Positions 22,000 through 29,522 of a stretch of 64,000 nt of DNA are shown one piece after another. How positions within the stretch are numbered: the first letter of the stretch is position 1; every line of letters begins with the position of its first letter. A model generated the notes under the pieces. That model saw only the letters and a program-made list of their open reading frames with translations, ran no database searches and was not told where the DNA came from. The translations under genes and the position numbers were made by a program. Origin of the DNA: Alphaproteobacteria bacterium (GTDB lineage: Bacteria > Pseudomonadota > Alphaproteobacteria > UBA2966); assembly GCA_963663355.2 (NCBI GenBank), contig CAXXKS010000001.1, positions 2,707,799-2,771,798 on the forward strand, in the 5' to 3' direction.

Positions 22000-24285
22000 G
22001 TGAAAGCCGGCCCCGCACCGATCGTCAAGGACCTCGTGCTCGTCGGCGGCGGGCACAGCCACGTCATCGTGCTCAAGCGCTTCGGCATGAAGCCGATGCC
22101 GGGGGCGCGGGTCACGCTGATCTGCCGCGACGTGGAGACGCCGTACTCGGGAATGCTCCCCGGCCACATCGCCGGGCACTACACCCATGACGACATTCAC
22201 ATCGACCTGGGTCCCCTGACGCGCTTCGCCGGCGCGCGCTTCTACCACGACGAGGTCATCGGGCTCGATCCGGTCGAGCGGCGGGTGATCTGCCGCGGCC
22301 GGCCTCCGGTACGGTACGACGTGCTTTCCATCGACGTGGGATCCGCGCCGCGGATGCACGACGTGCCGAGCGCGGAGGGCGCGGTGGTGCCGGTCAAGCC
22401 GATCGGACACTTCGTCGCCCGGTGGGACGCGCTGGTCGAGCGGGTGCTCGGCGCCGGAGTCCCGTCGCGGATCGGTGTGGTGGGGGCCGGCGCCGGCGGC
22501 GTCGAGATGGTGCTCGCCATGCGGCACGGGCTTCGCCGCCGGCTGCGCGAGGCGGGAGGAGAGCCCGATCGGGTGAGCTTCGACCTGTTCACCGCCGGAA
22601 CCGAGGTGCTTCCCCGCAACCCGCTTCCCGTTCGGACCGCGTTCACCCGCGTGCTGGCCGAGCGCGGCGTGGGAGTTCATCTCGAGTCCCGCATCGAGCG
22701 TGTCGTTTCGGGGCCTCCGACCGCGCTGCACACGGCCGACGGCGCCGTGCATGAGCTCGACGAGGTTCTCTGGGTCACCCAGGCCGCCGCCCAGCCGTGG
22801 CTGACCGCGTCCGGACTTGCCACCGACGAGGACGGCTTCGTCGCGGTGCGGCCGACCCTCGAATCGATTTCCCATCCGGACGTCTTCGCCGCGGGCGACT
22901 GCGCCGCCGTGCTCGAGCATCCGCGCGAGAAGGCCGGGGTCTTCGCCGTCCGGCAGGGTCCGCCGCTCGCAAGGAACCTGCGCCGGGCGCTCCGCGGCAT
23001 CGCGCCGAAGCCGTTCGCTCCGCAGCGCCGCTACCTCAGCCTCATCAGTACCGGCGACCGGCGCGCCGTCGCCACCCGGGGCGGCCCGATCGTCCTCGAC
23101 GGAGCCTGGGTGTGGCGGTGGAAGGACTGGATCGACCGGCGCTTCATGCGCAAGTTCGCCGACCTTCCCGACATGGGCGACGACGCGAAGCTCGATCTGG
23201 CACGGGGGCTCGCCAGCGAGGACGCGATCAAGGAGCTCTCGGCCATCGCCATGCGCTGCGGCGGATGCGGGGCCAAGGTGGGTGCGACGGTGCTCGGGCG
23301 GGTGATGAACGGGATCGAGCCCGTGGTGCGCGACGACGTGCTCATCGGGCTTGCCGACCCGGACGATGCGGCGGTGGTGGAGACGCCGCCCGGCAAGGTG
23401 GTGGTGCATACCGTCGACTCCTTCCGCGCCATGATCGACGACCCGTACCTCTTCGGCCGTATCGCCGCCAACCACAGCCTCGGCGACATCTTCGCCATGG
23501 GCGGCGAGGCGCAGACCGCGCTCGCCATCGCCACGCTGCCCCACGGGATCGAGTCCCAGGTGGAGGACACGCTGAGCCAACTGATGGCCGGGGCGACGGA
23601 AGTGCTGCGCGAAGCCGGCGCTGCGCTCGTGGGCGGGCATACGAGCGAGGGCGCGGAGCTCGCGCTCGGGTTCGCGGTGAGCGGACTGATCGACCGGGAG
23701 AAGATCCTGCGCAAGGGTGGAATGCGTCCGGGCGACCGGCTGCTGGTCACCAAGCCGCTGGGCACCGGCACGCTCTTCGCCGCCGACATGCGGCACAAGG
23801 CGCGCGGGGCGTGGATCGCGGCGGCCCTCGAGTCGATGCAGCTCTCGAATCACGCGGGCGCCCGGTGCCTGCACCGTCACGGCGCAAGCGCGTGCACCGA
23901 CGTCACGGGCTTCGGGCTGCTCGGCCATCTGGTCGAGATGATCCGCGCCTCCGAGGTCGACGTGGAACTCGACCTGGAAGCCGTCCCGATCCTCCCGGGC
24001 GCCCTCGAAACCGTCGCGGCGGGGATCACGAGTTCCCTTCAGCCTCAGAACCTGCGGCTGCGCCGCGCGGTGCGCGACCTCGACCGGGTGGCCGGCGATC
24101 CCCGCTGGCCGCTCCTCTTTGATCCGCAGACCGCGGGAGGCCTGCTCGCGTCGGTCGCCGAAAGTGAGGCCGAGGCCCGCGTCGAAGAGCTGCGCTCGCT
24201 CGGCTACCCGCATACCGCGCTCATCGGCCGCGTCGTCGCCCCGAGCGGCGCCTTGGAGCCGATCACGCTGTCGGTTCGAGCGTGA
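22000..24285 (+). CDS. selD: Selenophosphate synthetase fused to an N-terminal FAD-dependent oxidoreductase domain (SenC role)
   Basis: N-terminal LVLVGGGHSH, PYSGMLPG, GAGAGGVE, FAAGDC, KAGVFAVRQG; C-terminal MRCGGCGAKV, DDAA, DIFAMG, GGHT, TKPLG.G, TDVTGFGLLGH, DPQTAGGLL. Confidence 0.93.
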   Translation: MKAGPAPIVKDLVLVGGGHSHVIVLKRFGMKPMPGARVTLICRDVETPYSGMLPGHIAGHYTHDDIHIDLGPLTRFAGARFYHDEVIGLDPVERRVICRGRPPVRYDVLSIDVGSAPRMHDVPSAEGAVVPVKPIGHFVARWDALVERVLGAGVPSRIGVVGAGAGGVEMVLAMRHGLRRRLREAGGEPDRVSFDLFTAGTEVLPRNPLPVRTAFTRVLAERGVGVHLESRIERVVSGPPTALHTADGAVHELDEVLWVTQAAAQPWLTASGLATDEDGFVAVRPTLESISHPDVFAAGDCAAVLEHPREKAGVFAVRQGPPLARNLRRALRGIAPKPFAPQRRYLSLISTGDRRAVATRGGPIVLDGAWVWRWKDWIDRRFMRKFADLPDMGDDAKLDLARGLASEDAIKELSAIAMRCGGCGAKVGATVLGRVMNGIEPVVRDDVLIGLADPDDAAVVETPPGKVVVHTVDSFRAMIDDPYLFGRIAANHSLGDIFAMGGEAQTALAIATLPHGIESQVEDTLSQLMAGATEVLREAGAALVGGHTSEGAELALGFAVSGLIDREKILRKGGMRPGDRLLVTKPLGTGTLFAADMRHKARGAWIAAALESMQLSNHAGARCLHRHGASACTDVTGFGLLGHLVEMIRASEVDVELDLEAVPILPGALETVAAGITSSLQPQNLRLRRAVRDLDRVAGDPRWPLLFDPQTAGGLLASVAESEAEARVEELRSLGYPHTALIGRVVAPSGALEPITLSVRA

Positions 24286-24324
24286 CGCGGTCCCCACGGC
24301 CCGCGCGCCCCGTCGCGTTTCGCG

Positions 24325-25302
24325 TCAGCGGTCCGAGAGCTCGCCGAGCAGCGCGGCCCAGGCCGCGCGCTCGCGCTCCGGCGCGAACCGATGGCGCCGC
24401 GCGTCGCCGTGCGCGCGCACCGCTTCGAGAAATTCGGGATCGGTCTCGGCGCGACGGAGTAGCGCATACAGGGCCTCGGTGTCGCCGGCGGGGTACAAGG
24501 CGGGATGGTCCGGGCCGAGCAGCCCGACGTTTCCGGGAATGTCGGACGCGATAACCGGCACGTGGGCCATCACGGCCTCCGAGACCGCGTTCGCGCCGCC
24601 CTCCATGAGCGAGCTCATCACCATCGCGCGGGCGCGCGCCAAGGCGCGCCGGACCCGCCAGCGCGGCACCTCCCCACGCCAGACGTAGCGCGGGTTCGCG
24701 GCCGTCTCGGCGCGCGCCGCCCGCGCGTGCGCCGCGTCGTGGGGCTTGCCGAGGTGGATGATCCGCAGCCTCGAGTCCTCCGGCGCCAGCCGGGCGGCGT
24801 ACGCCGCCCGGAATGGGTCCTTTTCGTCGCGCAGATGGCCGACGACGCACACGTCGAAGGTCCGCGAGGAGGGGGTTCCCGGCGTGGACAGGGGCAGCGC
24901 CGATTGATGGATGACCCGAAGCTTCGCGCGGAAGCGCGGCGGCAGGTCGCCGGCCACGAAATCGTGCAGGCCGACCAGCCGGTCGGCGGCCGCCATGGAT
25001 GCGATGGTGTCCTCCGGATGGCTGTATTGGAAACGGTAGATGTCGGTGCCGGACATGAGTACGACGAGAGGTCGGGAGGGATTGCGGTCGCGGAACGCGG
25101 CTACCGAGGACGCGCTCCGCCAAGCGTGGATGGCGATCAGAATGTCGGTGCTCTCCGGCCGGGCCGCGCCCGGCCACGCTTCTCCGACCGTCGCAGAATG
25201 GCCGAGGGACTCCAGGATCCGTGCCCACCGCGCGGCGGTCGCGCGGTTGCCGCTCCGCGACCGTTTCGCCGTCGGGGTGATCACGCTAATGTTCAGCGCC
25301 AT
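24325..25302 (-). CDS. senB: Selenosugar synthase, SenB-type GT-B glycosyltransferase
   Basis: SGNRATA.RW, HAWRS, SGTD, GHLRDEKDP, EGGANA.SEA, I.GNVGLLG; adjacent to selD. Confidence 0.88.
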   Translation of the reverse strand: MALNISVITPTAKRSRSGNRATAARWARILESLGHSATVGEAWPGAARPESTDILIAIHAWRSASSVAAFRDRNPSRPLVVLMSGTDIYRFQYSHPEDTIASMAAADRLVGLHDFVAGDLPPRFRAKLRVIHQSALPLSTPGTPSSRTFDVCVVGHLRDEKDPFRAAYAARLAPEDSRLRIIHLGKPHDAAHARAARAETAANPRYVWRGEVPRWRVRRALARARAMVMSSLMEGGANAVSEAVMAHVPVIASDIPGNVGLLGPDHPALYPAGDTEALYALLRRAETDPEFLEAVRAHGDARRHRFAPERERAAWAALLGELSDR

Positions 25303-25322
25303 GTCCTCGGGAAGTCCTCGCC

Positions 25323-26690
25323 TTGGTCGTCGGCGATAGTCCGGCCGCCCCGCCGCCGGCGGGCATCCCGCCGGTCAGGGAGGTCGGATCGGCAACGCTT
25401 GAAGCCTACATCCGCGATGCGCATTCGCGCACCCGGGAGTTGATCGACGACCTCACCGACGAGCAGCTCATGGGACCCCGGCTGCCCACCGTCAACCCGA
25501 TGCGGTGGGAGATCGGGCACGTCGCGTGGTTTCACGAGCACTTCATCCTGCAGCGCGTGTACGGCGAGGCGCCGTTGCTTGCCGACGGCCATGCGCTCTA
25601 CGATTCCATCGCCATCCATCACGACGCGCGCTGGGATCTGCCGCTGCCGTCGCGCGCGGACACCCTCTCCTACATGCGGCGGGTGCGCGATCGCCTGCTC
25701 GAAAGGCTCGGCTCCGGCTTGGCGAGCGCGGTGGACAGCTATCTCTACCGGTTCACGGCGTTCCACGAAGACATGCACGACGAGGCCTTCACGTGGACAC
25801 GCCAGACGCTCGCCTATCCGCGCCCCCGCCTCGCGGCGGCGTCCGATCCGGGGCCACCGACCGGCGTCGGCGCGGGCGACCTGCCCGGAGACGTGTCCGT
25901 GCCCGGCGGAGAGTTCCTGGCAGGCGCGCCGGGGGACGCGCCGTTCGTCTTCGACAACGAGAAGTGGTCCCATCCCGTGGAGATCCGGCCGTTCCGCATC
26001 GCGCGGGCGCCGGTGACCAATGTCCGGTTCGCCGAATTCGTGGACGACGGCGGTTATACGCGCCGTGAGCACTGGACGGACGCCGGGTGGCGGTGGCGTG
26101 AGTCCGCGAGGGCCGAACACCCCGTGTACTGGCGGCGCGACGGCGAGGGCGGATGGCTGGTCCGGCAGTTCGACGAGACGCTCCCGCTGCCCCCTCACCA
26201 GCCGGTCGTTCACGTCAACTGGCACGAGGCGAACGCGTGGTGCCGGTGGGCCGGTCGGCGCCTGCCCCGCGAACGCGAGTGGGAAGCGGCCGCCCTCGGC
26301 GAGGCCGCCGCGGACGGGGCGTTCCTCGCGGAGACCAAGCGGCGCTATCCCTGGGGCGGCGAGGCCGCGGAGGCCGCCCGCGCCAATCTGGACGGTCGCT
26401 CTCTTGGCTGCGTCGACGTCGCGGCGCTGCCGGAGGGCGACAGCGCGTTCGGCTGCCGCCAGATGCTGGGCAACGTCTGGGAGTGGTGCGCGGACGCATT
26501 CTGCCCGTACCCTGGCTTCGCTCCGGACGCCTACAAGGAGTATTCGCAGACCCTGTTCGGTCACACCCGGGTGCTGCGCGGCGGCGCGTGGATGACCCGC
26601 TCGCGCATGGTGACGGGCCTCTACCGGAACTTCTTCGACCCCGACCGCAACGACGTCTTCGCCGGATTCAGAACCTGCGCTGTGGAGTGA
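25323..26690 (+). CDS. senA: Selenoneine synthase, SenA-type (EgtB-like DinB + FGE-sulfatase domains)
   Basis: NP.RWEIGHVAWF.E, YDS, FHEDMHDEAF..TRQ iron motif, FDNEKW.H, RLP.E.EWE.AA, GNVWEW, RNFF, FAGFRTCA; start uncertain (TTG). Confidence 0.88.
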   Translation: MVVGDSPAAPPPAGIPPVREVGSATLEAYIRDAHSRTRELIDDLTDEQLMGPRLPTVNPMRWEIGHVAWFHEHFILQRVYGEAPLLADGHALYDSIAIHHDARWDLPLPSRADTLSYMRRVRDRLLERLGSGLASAVDSYLYRFTAFHEDMHDEAFTWTRQTLAYPRPRLAAASDPGPPTGVGAGDLPGDVSVPGGEFLAGAPGDAPFVFDNEKWSHPVEIRPFRIARAPVTNVRFAEFVDDGGYTRREHWTDAGWRWRESARAEHPVYWRRDGEGGWLVRQFDETLPLPPHQPVVHVNWHEANAWCRWAGRRLPREREWEAAALGEAAADGAFLAETKRRYPWGGEAAEAARANLDGRSLGCVDVAALPEGDSAFGCRQMLGNVWEWCADAFCPYPGFAPDAYKEYSQTLFGHTRVLRGGAWMTRSRMVTGLYRNFFDPDRNDVFAGFRTCAVE

Positions 26691-26802
26691 ACCTGTCCCG
26701 AACCGGGGCCACCTCACGCCCCACGTCATGGCCCGGCCCCCGGTCAGTCCGTTGCTGTCCGGCTTGGAAAGGCCGGACACGGTGCATGGCCTGGATTCGA
26801 GA

Positions 26803-27051
26803 GGGTTTTGGAAGATCGAGTCGAATCGAGGCTCGAAACGGAGCCCGAGCCATACGCCATCGAATGAATTCGCACAGTTCGCACAGAGTCGGGGGGCCGC
26901 CACCCGCATCCGCCTCCCCCGGGCACGCAGGCGTCCCGCCCGCATGTGCGGGCCAGAGGCTCGTGTCCATGAAACTTCGAGTAAATTATTGATTTATAAT
27001 AAAAATATTGCTACATCTACCCCTCCGATGTCGTGCGATGTGTGCGAATTC
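26803..27051 (+). repeat. Dispersed MITE-like element, copy 1
   Basis: Aligns by eye with the reverse complement of 55348-55578; core 26866-27051 bounded by GAATTCGCACAGTTCGCAC / GTGCGATGTGTGCGAATTC. Confidence 0.8.
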
Positions 27052-27300
27052 AAAACGAACCCGAGGGTCCCCTCCCCTGCTTGCGGGAGAGGAACAGGGT
27101 GAGAGTGTCCGCCATGAACCGGGCGGACGGACGTGGATGCCTGGAACGCCCCGGGACTTGATCCGGGAGCCGCGGCATGACGGCTCGGGGAGCGGCCCGT
27201 GCGGAGGGAACGGCGCCGATCCAACGACACGAACGATCCCGACGGAGACGAGCCACCCGTGGCTCAACGGCCTGGATGCACGTTGCTCGGGAGTTCCCCC

Positions 27301-27328
27301 AAAAAAAGCCGGGCCGCTGGGGCCCGGC
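27301..27328 (-). terminator. Rho-independent terminator
   Basis: GCCGGGCC-CCAGC-GGCCCGGC followed by T7 on the minus strand. Confidence 0.8.
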
Positions 27329-27453
27329 AGCTGTAACAGGGAGGCATTACGTCTGGGAGACGCAAATCGGTCGAATGTTGGGAGGGCCAACTCGACCTGC
27401 CTCGAGCGAACCGCCCGAGGCATCGTGGATATCGTGGGCACGATATCCACGAA
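27301..27453 (-). ncRNA. Putative small regulatory RNA in the AbcR-like position downstream of the LysR gene
   Basis: Four consecutive hairpins, three CUCCC anti-SD motifs, an intrinsic terminator, CATAT-type -10 and an upstream LysR palindrome. Confidence 0.65.
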
Positions 27454-27504
27454 GTCATATATGGTCTCGGCGGACGGCTACGGGTAGGCCCAAATGCTCA
27501 AACC

Positions 27505-27527
27505 AGCCATGCATTTTTTGCATGGCT
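27505..27527. promoter_or_regulatory. LysR-type binding site
   Basis: Perfect 9-bp inverted repeat AGCCATGCA-N5-TGCATGGCT containing T-N11-A, about 60 bp upstream of the inferred sRNA start. Confidence 0.6.
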
Positions 27528-27538
27528 CGGGAACGCCG

Positions 27539-28432
27539 TCAGAAACGCTCGCCCCTCACCTTTCGCACGAGAAAGTCGCGGAAAATGGCGACCCGCTTCG
27601 AATGCCTGAGTTCCTCGGGATAGACGAAGAAGGTGTCGAACGCCGGACCCTCGACCTCGGGAATGATCCGTGTCACCCGTGAGTGCCCCTGGACGATGTA
27701 ATCGGGCAAGCCGGCAATCCCCACGCCGGACTCGACCGCGAGGAGCGTGCTGTAGATGTTGTTCACCTTCAACGTCGGTCTCAGCCGCTTCCTGCTTCCC
27801 TTGTCGCCGAGGGTGAGAAGCCAGTTCACGTCGGCGATAACCGTCGGAGCTTCCTCGCCGTACACGATGAGCTTGTGGTCCGCCAGATCCTCGATCGTCG
27901 TGGGCGTTCCGTTACGGGAGAGGTAGTCCGGCGAGGCGTAGATGTGGCGGTGCACCTTGACGAGCTTCCGTTTCACGAGGTCGCCCTGCACCGGCTCGTG
28001 CATGCGGATGGCGATATCCGCCTCGCGCATCCCGAGGTCGAGCTCCCGGTCGTCGAGGATGAGGTGGAGCGTGACGTCCGGGTAATGTTCCGTGAACTCG
28101 CGGATGCGCGGCGTCAGCCAAGTCGAGCCGAACCCCACGGTCGTCGTCACCTTGAGCTCGCCCCGGGGTTTTTCGGCGGCGTCCGTGATCATGGCCTCGG
28201 TCATCGCCAGGCGCGCGGACACGTCGTGCGCGGTGCGATAGAGCGTCTCGCCCTGCTCGGTCAGAATGAGTCCGCGCGCGTGGCGGTGGAACAGCATGAC
28301 GCCAAGGTTCTCCTCCAGCGCGCCGACCTGCCGGCTGACGGCGGATTGACTGAGGTTCAGGGTTTCGCCGGCGTGGGTGAAACTGCCCGCTTCGGCCACG
28401 TCGTGGAATATCCTGAGCTTGTCCCAGTCCAT
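27539..28432 (-). CDS. LysR-family regulator, LsrB/VtlR-like
   Basis: MDWDKLRIFH..AEAGSFTHA...LSQSAVSRQ; directly downstream of trxB. Confidence 0.92.
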   Translation of the reverse strand: MDWDKLRIFHDVAEAGSFTHAGETLNLSQSAVSRQVGALEENLGVMLFHRHARGLILTEQGETLYRTAHDVSARLAMTEAMITDAAEKPRGELKVTTTVGFGSTWLTPRIREFTEHYPDVTLHLILDDRELDLGMREADIAIRMHEPVQGDLVKRKLVKVHRHIYASPDYLSRNGTPTTIEDLADHKLIVYGEEAPTVIADVNWLLTLGDKGSRKRLRPTLKVNNIYSTLLAVESGVGIAGLPDYIVQGHSRVTRIIPEVEGPAFDTFFVYPEELRHSKRVAIFRDFLVRKVRGERF

Positions 28433-28453
28433 GGTCCAGCCCGGCCGTCGCCG

Positions 28454-29422
28454 CTACTCCGCGGCCTCCCGCGCCGCGGCTTCGTGCTCCGCGAGGAACT
28501 TCTCGGCCTCCAACGCAGCCATGCATCCGGTGCCCGCCGCCGTCACCGCCTGGCGGTAGATCTTGTCCTGGACGTCTCCGGCGGCGAAGACGCCGGGGAC
28601 GTCGGTCGCCGTCGAGTCCGGCGCCGTCCTGATGTATCCCTCCTCGTCCATCTCGATCTGGCCGCGGAACAACTCCGTGGAGGGCGTGTGGCCGATGGCG
28701 ACGAAGACGCCGTCGACGGCGATCTTCCGGACCTCGCCGGTCCCCGTGTGCCGGAGCCTTGCTCCGGTCACGCCCGGAGGCTCCTGCTCGCCCAGGATCT
28801 CCTCGAGGACGTGATCCCACAGCACTTGGATTTTTTCGTTATCGAACAGGCGCTTCTGGAGGATCTTCTCCGCCCTGAGCCGATCCCGGCGATGGACCAG
28901 CGTGACCCGCCGGGCATGGTTGGTGAGATAGATCGCCTCCTCCACCGCCGTGTTCCCGCCGCCGACGACGACGACCTCCTTCTCGCGGAAGAAGAACCCG
29001 TCGCAGGTGGCGCAGGCCGACACGCCGAAGCCCTTGAACTTCTCCTCGCTGGGGAGGCCGAGCCAGCGCGCCTGCGCGCCCGTGGCGACGATCAAAGAAT
29101 CGCCGCTATAGGTGTTTCCGGAATCGCCCTGGGCGGCGAAGGGACGGGACGAGACGTCGATCTCCGTGATCGTGTCGTCGATCAGCTCGGCCTCGACGGT
29201 GCGGGCCTGCTCGGCCATTTGCTCCATGAGCCAGGGTCCTTGGACGATCTCGGAGAATCCCGGATAGTTCTCCACGTCGGTGGTGACGGTCATTTGCCCG
29301 CCCGGTTCCATCCCGCGAACCACCATCGGCGCGAGGCTGGCCCGGGCGGCATAGATCGCGGCGGTATACCCCGCCGGGCCGGACCCGACGATCAGGACCC
29401 GGCTGTGTTTGTGCTGGCTCAT
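28454..29422 (-). CDS. trxB: Thioredoxin reductase
   Basis: [36 protein letters not shown]. Confidence 0.97.
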   Translation of the reverse strand: MSQHKHSRVLIVGSGPAGYTAAIYAARASLAPMVVRGMEPGGQMTVTTDVENYPGFSEIVQGPWLMEQMAEQARTVEAELIDDTITEIDVSSRPFAAQGDSGNTYSGDSLIVATGAQARWLGLPSEEKFKGFGVSACATCDGFFFREKEVVVVGGGNTAVEEAIYLTNHARRVTLVHRRDRLRAEKILQKRLFDNEKIQVLWDHVLEEILGEQEPPGVTGARLRHTGTGEVRKIAVDGVFVAIGHTPSTELFRGQIEMDEEGYIRTAPDSTATDVPGVFAAGDVQDKIYRQAVTAAGTGCMAALEAEKFLAEHEAAAREAAE

Positions 29423-29522
29423 GGGGCGCTCCTCACGCGGCGGCGTCTCCTGGCCGAAGACGGCCTTTGTCTATGTATGAAGCCGGCGGTGGCCGCGCAA
29501 GGCATGGCAGCGCGAACCGCCG

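Noticed and set aside
23250-23280. Selenocysteine (UGA) recoding in SelD or neighbouring genes
   Set aside because: The SelD active site uses TGC codons (CGGC); no in-frame TGA was seen at conserved Cys positions of selD, msrP or trxB.
20912-26690. Canonical ergothioneine (egtBD) interpretation
   Set aside because: The HEDMH/WEIGH motifs and linkage to selD and a SenB-type glycosyltransferase fit the selenoneine pathway better; no egtC/egtE nearby.
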